Shown: positions 40,132-54,200 of the stretch, one piece after another
Numbering within the stretch: the stretch's first letter is position 1
Layout of the letters: every line of letters starts with the position of its first letter
Assembly: GCA_050084985.1 (NCBI GenBank)
Contig: JBITNC010000001.1
Coordinates: forward strand, 45,942,001-46,006,000
Length of the DNA: 64,000 nucleotides
Source: Nageia nagi
Lineage: Eukaryota; Plantae; Pinophyta
Reading direction: 5' to 3'
Notes under the pieces: generated by a model
Told to the model about the DNA's origin: nothing
Database searches by the model: none
Seen by the model: only the letters and a program-made list of their open reading frames with translations
Translations under genes and position numbers: made by a program

Positions 40132-40754
40132 CAGTTTGTTACAAGAAGACGACTACCCTGGTGCCTGGGAACTACGTCACCTATTCTTTTGGGATAACAA
40201 AAACAAAGGAATGAGAGGTTGTATGTAATGGAGTGTGCATACGTGATTGAAGCCCAAAGTTTATCTTTTCTCAAGATAATAATACAGAAATAATATCTGA
40301 ATTTTGTATTTATCAATACGCCAATGAATTTTATTTTATTTTTTTTAAGCAGCAATTTTAAAAATATGGACTACGCACATAGATTATCTTTCAAACATCT
40401 ATTAATTGCAAAGGAAGAAAGCATGTTAATAGATATGATTTTATATATTTTTGGTTCACTTTAATATCATTAAAACGTTATATATTAGTTATACTTTATT
40501 CTGACGATCTTTTTAGAGGTTTATAATTTTTTGTTGCATTAAATTTAAAGTTGTATTAATATTATCTTAGATCTATGTGAGTATTTTTGTATTCTTTCAT
40601 TATGATTGATAATTTGAATATTTGGAATAACTATACTTAGGTTTCTCACGATTAAATTAGATAGTTTGAATGTTTTGTTTTTATGATTATTAATTTGCAT
40701 ATTTGGAATAATTTTTTTTTATTAAATTAGATAGTTTGTAAAATTTGATTAATC

Positions 40755-42975
40755 TTTTTTTTTCATGTTAAATTTATAATAATATTTTTGAATGTAATGT
40801 TAATTATATTAAAAGAATATAAATGCTTTTATATACAAAAGTTGATGGATTAAGAACACCTTCATAGGTAGTCATATGAACCTAGTTAAGTTAGGATATA
40901 CATTGAAAACTTAAAAATATTAAGTTGAATAAAATCTCCTAAATAATGGAGCTAACTATGTTTACAATCATTTATCTATTAATAGTGGTAGAAGCATGGG
41001 GATGGTCCTCATTCTTAACAATAAACTCAAGTCATAATTAAGTGGGATGGAATGCTAGTGTTAGTAACATCGCCTTCGTCTCTTTAGCTAATAATTGGTT
41101 TAGAGGTAGTTGAACAACTATATCAGCTATTGTTGTGGTGAGAAGAACTAGCACCATAAGTGTGCATGCATTTGCTAAAGGGAGGGGAGTTGAGATCAAT
41201 GTTGCTTTGTAGAATTAGCCATAATGTATAGTATTCTGGAAAGAGACCTAGCAAAGTCTTAAGCTAGAATAAATTTCACCAAATTGAATTTGATGGAAGC
41301 AACTAATAATGCAAGGTGCATAACCTTAATGGTCAGTAAGGCTATGAAGATATTAAAGCTCCATGTTGACTTTATCCATTTTTATAAAAAATTGCAACCA
41401 CACATCTTATACAAGAACTATTCATTTTTTTTTGGGAAAAAATAATTTTGTTAGAGGTATTCCATACATGAAATATAATGCAAATTTTAAAAATATTCCA
41501 AACCTCAAGAAGGGGATTAGATAAATTAGGAGAATCCCCAAGGAGAATTTGCATCTAGAAGAAGGGAGTAGGCATGAAAGGCCTAAAATAGTTATTCAAT
41601 TGATGTCTAGACTAAGAAGGCTTTCTTGCAAATCAAGAAGAGATGGAGATATAATCTCCATAGAAATAATAGGTTGGACTCTACACACCCATATCTTCAA
41701 GCCTTTTTGTAAATGGAAGTTCATGGTGAAGAACACTCAAAGAAAAAAGAGCTTTCTTTGGCTCAAAGTAGGAAGCCTAGATCATCATGAATTAAAGGCT
41801 TCATCTAGAGATTGAGGAGATGAGATTCCATGGTTCATTAATCTTAAAATACATAGCAAAATTTAGAGAAAGGAAGGAATAATTGAAATGAGATTTATAT
41901 TATAATAGGTATAAATTGGTGGTCTAACTCCAATCTAACTACTAAGGTTTTTGAAAATGTTTGGTAGCTTTCAACCATAAAGAAAAAGGAATGAAATCAA
42001 GAATTGCATCATATGTATACTTATCATAAAGTTTCAAATTATAAACCTATTTGAATTTATCCCAAGGAATCCAATCCTTGGTTTAAAATGAGAAAAAATA
42101 GAGATAATTGCAATTGCTTTTCTATAGAAGCATTATGTCCAAACCCTTTAATGGTTGGAAAGTTAAAGACTTTATAGGGTAATGATAGAGGACTACCAAA
42201 TACTGAAGGAGGAGATTGATTCTCCTTTTCTACAACTTTCTCCCTAAAAATAGATATAATATTTGAGAGCCTCTCATGCTCTCCAAATGCTTTAAAGTAC
42301 AAACAAACCTTGAATCTTAATAGTGATAAGAGAAATGAGAATATTTGAAGGATAAGAGCACACAACACCTATTGATACCTTGATTTCTCTAATGATCCAT
42401 TTATCATACATGGAAGTACCTTGGCAATGGTAGTCAAAGAGCCCCATACCTTTAGATTAATTGGGAGGATAAAAAATATCCTAAGCAATTGTGTGAAATA
42501 CTTTTTATGGCATACATTAGTCCATAAGAAATCTCTTAACAACTTCTCAATTATCTTTTCATAATAGATCTTTGAAGGGACCCAACATGAGGAGTAATAC
42601 ACATGAGTAGTGACTGTGACTTTGGAGCATATTTAGAACTTTCTAGTAAGAGAAAGATTTTTATATCTATAATAGGAAATCTTAGCTATTTATAAGTCTA
42701 AAGGAGTTTAGAATGGATTATATCTTAAATTTGAAGTTAGTCATTTATTTTAAGGTGTTTCTCTATAAGGGAAATATCCAAGTAGTCCAAAGAGAGGGAT
42801 GCCTTTAAAAATTTAAGAATGTGAATAATTTACTCCCTTAGTATTTTGGTCACATTAAAGAAAGCTATGTTGGATTATTTTCATTCAGCAACTACCCTAA
42901 TGCTACTATATACTCATCCACCACTCCTTTGATACTAATTACTTCATTTTTTGTTGTTTCTCCCCATATTCCTAT
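40755..42975 (-). mobile_element. 3' half of L1-type LINE B (RT C-terminus, zf-RVT, probable poly(A) at 40755-40763)
   Basis: WGETTKNEVISIKGVVDEY (~42915-42968), IEKLLRDFLW (~42523-42553), PKKALF...HLFLIC (~41625-41762). Confidence 0.85.
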
Positions 42976-45214
42976 TGAGAGAAAATGAAGGAAATAAGCC
43001 TAATGACTAAATTTTTATTCTACCAAGATCACTTGAAAGCTCGCTTAAATTTCTTAAGAATTAATAACACAAACTCAAACCAGCATTCACATAAGATGAT
43101 TCCAATATTAAATGGTTTCTCAAACCATGAGAGTCAATCCACTAATTTAAGATCTTTATTTTCAAAGATAACTCTCTTACAACTCACTTTCTTACTTCTC
43201 CTATGACCTTAACAAGAGCATAAATTTTCTACAAACTTGAGTGAGTAATCTCAAGGAGAGGACCTTCTATTTATAGGCCAAAATCCTCCCTTAGATCACC
43301 TTCTTTACCATTGTACAATGTCATGACATGCATTACCCTTTTACCCAAGGGGCATGCTCATGAGATTGAGTGTAAGATAAGTTACATTATCTTATTCATA
43401 AATACTTAAAAGGTATATAGGGATAATTTTAAATATTAGTTAATTTACATTATCATATTCACTAAATACTTAAGGTATCTATGGATAACTTTAAGTATCA
43501 AATGAATTACATTAAAATACCCTACAATAATGTATTATACATTCCAACACTCTCCCTTAATGCAATATTAGGATAGAGTGAATAGGAACAAAGAAAGAGA
43601 GAGTTATCCTTCATTCTTACAATATATCCTAATATTTGAGAGTAAGATCCTTCATTCTTACAATATATCTCAATATTTTCTTAATAGCATTGAGGTGCTC
43701 ACAATACCATTTTTGCATAAATCATACCATAAGATTTACTACAAAGGGAATATATGTACTAGAGATTCTCAAATAAAGAAGATTGCTAATTAATTTCTTA
43801 TAAGACATAACATATACTAACTAAGAGTTGAGATTAATTCTAGAAGAGACTAGGATCATCACAGGTTTACACTCTTCAATTCCAAACTTTTGTAATATGT
43901 ATAAGATATACTTGGATTAACTAAGGTAAGTACAATCTTTGTATTGGTACACTTACATACCAAGGTAGCAGTGCAAGAGATCAAGATAAATTATTTTAAA
44001 AGTTGCCTTAAGTTTAGATATGCACTCTTGGATGATTTTGATATTATTTCATGTGATCAAAAGATGATCTACATATAGAAGAATCAAGACTAAGTCTTTT
44101 CTCTGATTAAGCATGATAGATCTGTATCAGAGAAGTATTTAGAGAATCCAATATCCATAAATTATCCTTAAATATTTTTGTACCAAGCTTTAGGTGCTTT
44201 CTTAATTCAATATGAGGAGTTATTTAGCTTGCACATAAAGAATTCTTTATATTCCATAATAGACCCTTCTGGTTGGTTCATGTATATCTCTACATCTAAT
44301 TCATCATTGATAAAAAGTACTCTTTACATAAAGTTGAAAAACTTTCCATCTTTGAGCTACTAAAAGAGTAAGAATTAACCTAAATGTGGGCATATTTACC
44401 ACTAGAGCAAAGGTTTTCTCATAATCAACTCCATATTTTTGAGCAAAACCCTTTGCTACTAACCTTACCCTTTATTTTTCATTTTTCTAAACTGAATTGT
44501 ATTTGACTTTGTAAATCCACTTATTTCCAAATAAATTTTATTCATTGGGATAGGAAACTAAATCCCAAGTTTAATTTTTCATCAAAACCTCATACTCCAC
44601 TTTCATGGCTTCTATCGAGGATTCATGCTTCAAAGTTTCCTTGAATGATGAGGGGTCATTATTAATATCAATTTTGGTAAACAATGACTTGTTTAAGATC
44701 ATACTTCTTATTATCCTTTATGTTGTAGAATTTTTCTCATGAGGTCACTTATCTATACTAATATCCATCTAATTAGATACAATAAAAGAGTCATCAAGAT
44801 CATCTAGGTCCTCACCAAAAGCATATTCTTGAGGAATTTCATTGAACTTTATATCTATCGAGATGAACATTTCTCTAGAGGAAGAAGAGTAAAGCCTATA
44901 GCATCTATGATAACTATCATAACAACCAAAAACCCTATGATGAGATATGTTAGGTATTTTTCTTGTTCATGTTTCATATGGGATTTTGCCTTCAACTAAT
45001 TTTATAAGAAACCTATTTAATGTGTAGATCGTAGTGCTCATAGCTTCACCCCATAAAAAGCTAGGATTATTTCCCAACATGCACCTAGCAATTTTTGAAT
45101 GATTCTATTATTTCTTTTGGAAACACCATTTTGTTAAGGGATGTAAGGGATCATAAACTACCTCTTGTTATTGTATTTGGTACAATAGTCATTTAACTCA
45201 TTACTATTATCTTC

Positions 45215-48200
45215 TGTTAGGAACCTAGTAGAATTAAAAAGAGGTTTTACCCTGAATACCATAAGAAATACTAAAATATGAAATAACTCAAACTTGCAAT
45301 GTGTTAAGTAGAGCAAATGGAATAAGATACTTAGATTAAGAACAAATAATAAAACAAAATAACTTTACTGATAGAAATATGAATCATAGGCCACTTGAAG
45401 GGGGCTTACTCCTTATAACTCAAAAAGCTAAATGAGTTTCCAAGATGCTCTCTTTACCCCTCCTACAAGTATTTATAGTCCACTTACCCTAATTGGTGGT
45501 TTACATTCAAAATGACACTTACCTTATAAAATATGATGGTTCACATTATAATTCGATGTAAGAAAATAATTAAATTAACTAAAACATAAATAAACTTGAG
45601 TAAATGCTAGGATGTGGGATCCTAACATACCACCCCTCTTGGAAATAACTTTCTCCTTAAAGATTAAAATTTAGAAACTCTTACTAAAGCTCATGTGCTT
45701 TTTCCCATGTACTAAATCAAAACCTAGGTTATAGTGTGATGATGAAGGTCAAGGATACATTTTGTCCGAAATTGCTTCAAGTTCAATCTTAATGGATAAT
45801 TTATCAATGAATTTTGATAACTTTGATTGAATATGAACTTGTGATCCTAATACATTTTTTAGGCATGAAACATGAAATACAATATGAACCTTTGAGGACT
45901 TTGGTAACTCCAACTTATAAGAAATGGGATCAATACATTAGAGAATTTTGTAAGGGCCTAAAATTTTGGTGCTGAATTCTGAGGACCCTTAATCTTTAAA
46001 TATTTCTATCTATATGGTTCAAGACATAGGAAAACCATAGTTCTTGGTTTAAATTTTTATTCCAATTGATTCTGATCAGCTTGTTGCTTCAAGCAGTGTT
46101 GAGCAGTCTGTAAATTCTCTTAAAGAGTATGAAGAATATATTCTAAGTATGTAAATCAGCATCAACTACTTGGACCTTCATGCTACCTAGGATATATGTT
46201 GCTATTATGGGTGGTGCCAAACCATACAATGCTCCATATGGTGTCATTTGAATAACTATATGGTATGAAGTGTTATACATCCATTATGCCAAAGGAAGAC
46301 ATTTTACCCAATGAACTGGTTGGAATGATGTAAAATAATAAAAATAGGTTTCCAAGCGCTTGTTAAAAAATTTAGACTATCCACCAGTCTAGGGGTGATA
46401 TGTTGAACTCATTTTGAGTTGAGTTCCTACTAATTTGAAAAATTCTTGTTAGAATTTGCTAGGGAATGTAGGGTCTTGATCACTAACTATAGTAGAGGGC
46501 ATGCCATGAAGCTTGAAAATATTATCAACAAAAAGCTAAGCCACATTAAGAATTTTAAATACATGTGATAAAGAGCAAAAGTGTGCATACTTAGAAAAAT
46601 AATCAACTACCACCAGAATAATAGATTTATCTTGATACTTGGAAAGAACTTTAATGAAGTCCATCAAATTATCAATCCAAGTACGACTTAGGATAGGTAA
46701 GGGCTAAAGTAAACTAGGAGTTCCAACTATTTCATCCTTTTACTATTGGTAAACATCATATTTGAAAATAAATCTCTTTATGTCCTATTTCATTTTATCC
46801 CAATAAGAAGAAAGAGCCACTTTTTTATAGGTTTTGAGAAAACTTAAATGTCTAATTGATGGTGCATCATTGAATTCTTAAAATATTGCTTCTCAATAAG
46901 AAGAAGTGTATGGTAATGCAATGTAGCCTTTGAAGCATAAAAATCCATTTTCTAAGAGAAATTTGGTTTACTAGAAGGATTAATTTGGAGTTATTGAATT
47001 AATGCCTGAATTAAGTCATCTTGAAGCCATTTATGTTTTAGCTACTCTAATCACTAGGGAATTGGTAGTGAAATTACTTAAAGTATTGTAGGTTCCTCAA
47101 ATTTGTAGAAAATAACATTCGTAACCATATTCTCTAAACCTTTTCTGTATACTATTTCATACTCATACCCCAATAGTTTGTTCACCCACTTTTTTTTTAT
47201 TCAATTTTTGTAATTCGTTGTTCTAAAAAGTACTTCAAACTATGGTGATCTATGTATATAATGAAATATTGACCAATGAGGTAGGGTCTCTATTTTTGAA
47301 CCACATGAATTATTTCCAACATCTCATTTTCATAGGTAGATCTAACCAGATTTTGGCTCGATAATACGTTGCTAAACTACATCCAATCCTACTCTAGATT
47401 AATCACTCTTAATTATAAATATTTTGAAGAAATAACATAACTAAAAGTGGAGTGGAACATATTTCCCCCTTCAATTTGTAGAAAGATTCTTCAATAGCTA
47501 GTGACCAAGTAAAGGTATCCTTTTTTAGTAATGATATTAGTGGAGCCATGATCTTTCCATAATTCTTTAGAAATTTTTGATAGTAACCTATTAGGCCCAA
47601 AAATCCTTGTAGTCCCTTGAGTAATTTTGGAATAAGCCAATCTTGCATGTCTAGAATTTTATGTGGATCTACCTTGACTCCATCTTCAAAAATGATATGT
47701 CCCAAGTATTTGATCTCATGCAATCCAAAGGAACATTTGGATTTTTTTGTATATAATTTATGCTCTTGAAGTAATTACAATATTTGATCTAAGTGTGCCA
47801 AATGATCCTCCTATATCTTGATATAGATCAAAATATCATCAAAGAAAATCAAAAGAAATTTACAAAGATGAGGGAAAAATACCTAATTCATCATACTCTA
47901 GAATGTTGAAGGATCATTACTAAGGCCAAATGGCATTACTAAAAATTCATAATGACCCTCATGCATCTAAAAAGCCATTTTTGGAATATCTTCTTCGTGA
48001 AGTCAAATTTGATAATATCCTGATCATAGATCTAGTTTCAAGAAATAATTGTCTCCATGTAGCTTATCCAATAGTTCATCAATGATGTGAATAGGGAATT
48101 TATCTTTCATAATTACTTTGTTGAGAGTGCTAAATTCTACGAACAACCACCAATATCCATCCTTTATTTGGACTAATATGACATGTGAAGAGTAAGGAGG

Positions 48201-51200
48201 TATCACTTGGCTTGATAATCCTTACTATCAACATCTCCTGAACCAACTTTTCAATTTTATCTTTCTATAAATAAGGATAGAGATAGGGTTGAATATTGGG
48301 TGGTTGACTATCAAGGATTAGTTGTATAGTGTTATCTTGAGGGCAGTTAGGAGGTAACATTTTTGGTTCTTCAAAAACCTTCTCATGATATGCCAGTAGT
48401 TTTTGCAACTTTATTGATTCACCTCCCTCTTGTGTAGTTGGTTGTAGTGCAAATAATTTTTCTACCATCCCATTTTTTCATTTTTGAATCAACTTCTCCA
48501 TCCAATGAGAACTTATATCTATGATGTACTATCATATAGTCCAATGAGGTGATATGTATGTCTTACAATAGTGAATTTCATCCAGAGTTAAAGCAAGTCC
48601 CATAATATAGGTCCTAATGTTTGCAACTATTGAAATCCTAGGATCACATCACACCCTCCCTATGGAAGTACATACATGTCACTTTGCATATGATAATAAT
48701 CCATGTTGAGCTTAACATTGTGATATTTACCCTTATAAGAAATTCTACCTCCATTTTAAATCATTACTTAAAAAATATTTTAAGGATATATAAACCAATT
48801 AGCCTATTTGGCCACACCAGGGTCAATGAGATTATGTGTACTTCCTAAGTCAAGTAAAAGAATGAGGGACTACTTTTTGAAATATCCATAAACCTTCATT
48901 ATTTGGGGTATCATTATTCCTAAAAGGGTACTACAAAAATTATAGGAACTTCTTCTTCAATTATTTAAGGATCATTACCATCTTCCTCAACAATAGTCTC
49001 ATCCATTGGATCATTAAAAACATCAACATTAAGAAAATACAACAAGTTATGACCTGATTCTTCTAGTTCAAGAATTTATGACCTAATTCTTCGTAAGGTT
49101 TTCACATAATTTCTAAGTTATCAAACAAGTTTAGTATCAAATTTCCATGATACACTTGTTGAAACATCATAAATTTGATTCAAAACTTAGAAAAAAAAAT
49201 CATTTTTCACACAAGATTTGAAGATAAGATTTATAGTTTCTTGAAAGAAGAGTTAAAAATCTTGAATTCATAACATACATTTTTCTACCCCCATATGGTT
49301 TCTCAAGGAAACATTTATTAGCACAAGAAAATAACTTTTCTCAAATCTAAATTTAAAAGCATTTTCTACTTGCTTAAACTAAGGTTTTCAATCTCTCTAT
49401 TGAATCTCATTATCTTAGAGTAAAATATTCCTCATAGGAATAGAGTACCATTCTCATGGTTCAAAGTGTCATCACATGACCACTTCTCAAAAGTGAAATC
49501 TCATTCACTTTAGGACAATGTAATATATTCTCATGTGTTGGAATCACAAATATATTACTAAATCATGATAGAATCTTCCCATAAAGATTTCTACCTATAA
49601 CTGTTGATCAATTCCTCCAAAATCTCCATGATTCTCTCAAGGAATATCAACCCACATTATGAATAGATTAATGATTCTTCATGAATCAATCCATCATATT
49701 GGATGCCTTTTTGAGAGTGATTGCCCTTCAAAGTTTCAATTCCACATTGATTCCTTGGAAATACCCATATGGTATTCAAAAATATGGTGCAATCCATAAT
49801 AGCAAAAATTGAATTTTTGTATCATATGGAAACTAACTTCAATAATGACATACATATAATCATCTAGGCATTCATGATGATGATTTTTGTACATTCATTT
49901 AAAAAAAAATCCAAAAGGATAATAGTAAAATGCAAGCTCTAACAAAGGTAAAAGCATTCATAAAAATACTAGTTTAGATTTAGTACCTAAATCAAACTTA
50001 TATAAGTATAAATCCACCAATTTTGTTTAACTCAAAAAAACTTTAATAACATTTAGGGAGTATACCTTGTTTTCCATCCATGAGGATTCTCATGAGGTTG
50101 TTGCATCTTTATGCTAACAATATTCAATTATTTCTTTTCATAAATAATTATCATCATTCATGATCTACATCTAGTCTTTTAGAAAAATCATGATCATTCA
50201 TTGTATTAGGATTCAAAGCTAGTATTATAGCAAAGGTTGATAGAAAATATTGCTTCTTCCAAAAATCTCAACATCTTTTTCACTACCTAAAGTTATATTT
50301 TCTAGCTCTAACTCCATAGTATAGGTAAACCTTCTTATTCTATTCAAACATACTTATTAGTTTTTATATACATAATTAACAAGAGTTCAATATATCAAGA
50401 ATTCATACCTTCCTTATAATCTTGAAATTTCTAGCACTAGCTTTTGCATAACACTCACTCTTTAAAGATGTCAAAGCCAAAATATTTGTATTTGGCAACA
50501 TCAAACATCATTATCAACATATAAGCATGTATAACATTATTCCTTGTTCATCTAGACATCTTATCTAGGAAAGGATATTGACAAGGTTAGCATGTAACCA
50601 ATAAATAGCTAAAACCATACTAAGAAAAATAATTGTAAGGATTATTCCACATGTAAAGTATTGTCAAAGGAAGATATGATAGTATTTTACCATCTTCTCT
50701 TCATGGTGTTCATACATGTATGCATCATCAAGCATACTTAAACCTATCACATACTTTGAACATGAGCTTTGATACCAATGTAAAACACCAAAAATATCAA
50801 CCTTCAAATTTTTCTCCTAGCTACTAAAGCTTATTCAAATATTAGATGTATAGGTTCATTTTCTTTTGATTAATTTCAAATAAAAACATAAATTTAACCA
50901 TGAAATTCATATTAATTGAAACCCAAAAATCATTTTTTTTACTTATACACTCACAATAATCATTATAATCATACAACTTAAAATAATTAAGGTGAAAATA
51001 ATCCATTAATCAAGACATTTCCATAACACAAAAGGTTTGCTAAGCTCGGGAAAAACCCAAGGTGTTTCTATTCTAGGTAAACCCTTGGTAGTTATGCTAC
51101 CTAATAATATTTTATTATCAAGCATAATAAATATTACAAGTATTGTCTTCAACCAAGTACATACTCCCTCATCATACAATTACAACCAAATCAAGGTCTA

Positions 51201-54200
51201 CATGAACTACTTCATGATTAATCTAAACCAACTAATTGGTTTTACACAATATGTAATTTCATCTATTACATAAACTCCTATGCAACCAATAATGCATAAA
51301 CGTAAACACATTACATTCAAGAATCATCCTTGAGATCCATATACAGATTATCACAACCATTTGAGGCACTAGCATAAGTTTATTTATATCACATTTATAT
51401 GCCACCAAACTCAATAGAATGATCATATTCTAAAGGTCACTATCACCACTAAATAAATATAATTGATGAGTTATCTCAAATAACTCATAACTTTTCATCA
51501 ATGGCAACAAGTTCTTATTAACTTTTAGTCCATTAAAGATTAAACAAACAATATACACCCCATTGTTCTATAATGATTTTAGTTCAAGCAATTTATGATA
51601 GCTTTATATTGTAGTCCATATTCTTAAATGAATATTTAGTACTAAAAATAGGTACCTAAAACATATCACAAACCCTTAATTCTAGCATGTTAATATAAGA
51701 ATCATCATTTAAATATGTTGTTGATCTAGTTAGAGATATGTTAAATCAAAACTAAAAAGAACCTTCTATATGTTTTTTTAAATATCCAAGGTAGATTTAA
51801 GTTCTTTAAACATAAGAGCTTATACCTTAATGCTAAATTCATACCATAAAAGTAAAACTTCCTTTTCAAACTATAATATAAAAGTTCATTATTTCATTAA
51901 AGTAATGATACTCATCTTCTTATTTCTTAATATTTAAAAGATAAATCAACTAATTCTCAACTTTACTAAGATACTTTTATTAAAAGAAATTCATTCAAAG
52001 ATAAACTCTAAATTTACCTTTAAATAATTTCCTATCCAATATTCTGGTTTCACCTAAAACCTGAATAATTCCAAGTCTCTAAAATTTAATTTCGATTAAA
52101 TATTTTAAAGATAAGCAGGTTAAAAAAAATACCTACTTCGTTAAGAATAAATAGGAACTAATCTTCATTTTCATATCAAAGGTTTATATCAACTTAAATT
52201 TAAAGTCAAATCCTCAACATATAAAAGTATAAAATGGCTTTAGTACCTATTAAGGGTAGTTCCAGACAAACATAAAACCTTATATGGAATCAAATTGAAA
52301 GTCACTAGGTCATACTCCAGTATACGTTTTACACCCTACTTAAAGTAACGCATGGGAGAGAACAAATTCGTTTAGAAGATGGAGATCGGTACAACTTACC
52401 TGGTTCTTCACTCGAACATAGAAGTCCTCCTTTACTCTGTTCTTTTTGAATTCATAGATTCATGGAGCTAGCCATTGATGGCCATAGGATCTGCAAGCAC
52501 ATTCCTCTGCCTCCAGGTTACAATCAAAAGTATCAAATAACTCTCTGCCTCCACATGCACAGCGTAGTTATTCTCCTTGTAATAGCTATGAACACAGGTA
52601 TTGTATTTGGGATCTGCCCTCTGCATCATAGCGCATGCAACCATCCAACAACTGACATAGCTGAAGATGTACTCATTCAGATTTTGTCTACATGCTCGGA
52701 AGGTATTCCCAGATGTGATGAGCCAGATAAACTGCTCTTTAATATTTTTGGCCCTCTTCCATCAGACTAACACAACCGCATTTAAATAGAATGCATGCAA
52801 ATGTATAATGGTAAGGTCAATTTTCCAAGCACCTCATTAGACTTAGAGACTATGGGCATCCTTCTTGTAGCCATTAATTGTTCAGCCTCCAATCATCGTA
52901 ATTTCATAAAGAAGAGGATGCTGAGAGACAGAAATGTTATCAGTATAAATGACATATGCGGGAATCAAAATCCCCCAAAATCATAAATAATCCTCAAACT
53001 CAGTTGGTTTCTTGACATAAGTGTGCAAAGTGTATATGCCACTTCCGAATGGCATGAAATGGTACTATACAATTTCGTAGGGAATCCTCAATAAACAAAA
53101 ACTTATCACACATATCATAAACTATCGCATATAGGTTTAGCACCTTCACTACATTGTTTTTTGCAATAACTTCAATCCATGACTACCGTATGCACCTGGT
53201 AAAACAACTCACACACCTTCTCTAGGTGTCCACAGTCTGTTTTCTAAGCACCCACAATCGAACATACTGGAAGAATACTGGCGAAAGTTATTGAGTTTGG
53301 ATTTACAAGACTCTCGTATGAGTTTGCCCCACATACAAACTCCTTCTCCTTGGTCGATATTTGTTCCTTCTACTATAGCTCCCAGTTCTATGCATGCTTG
53401 AGGCATAAAATGGCAGTAACAACCACTGTTGGCCGAGTACCAATTTGCTACTATCAGCTTCCACTTAACGCAGTAAAGGTAAATACACTTCACGTATGTC
53501 TCTCATCACTCACATCCAAAGAGTTTAGTAAAATTAAAAAAATATATTAACTACATGAGAGATGTCTATACTCTCGTCCAAAATTTCCATGATGTACATG
53601 TAGGTAGGACGTCTCATCTGTAGCTCCCATGACGTACGTACAAATAGATCATTTTTACGCCAGAGTTTGGTTTCCATTTTTACTTATAACTGCCTTGATT
53701 TCTCTCCCCTTCGCTTTCTCTGATAGTCTTCCCCAAGAAGTTCTACAATGCCTCCTAGAGGAAGAGTTCTTCTTAGGCATGGCGCACAACTGTCAAAACT
53801 AATATCCCACTATCCCAATCATTGGCAATTCACCGCCGGATTCACACCTCCACTAACGGTTAAAGGAAGATAATAATATCAAGTAGCCATTTTCTTAAAA
53901 TATGGAACATGCTAAATTAGCCTGATATCTTCAATAGTAATTAAATATGAATATTTAAATATTCATAAATTTTACTACCTATCAATCTATCACAAAGATT
54001 TAATTCGATGAACAATAGATATCATTAATACAATGGAGAGTTCTATCACACACACATTTACTCATTATTTTAAACCATTAAAATAATTTGCATGTCCTCC
54101 GTATTAAAAATATCACAATGTTGATATTTTCAAATAAATATTTAGATCAACAATAATCTAAGAAAACCTAATAATATTTGAAATTACATTTGAAATATTA

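Noticed and set aside
52462-53550. ORF-track ORFs 52462-52770, 53209-53493 and 53350-53550 as genes
   Set aside because: No recognisable domains; short ORFs are expected where CG/CHG decay has not created stops. The region is reported as an island instead.
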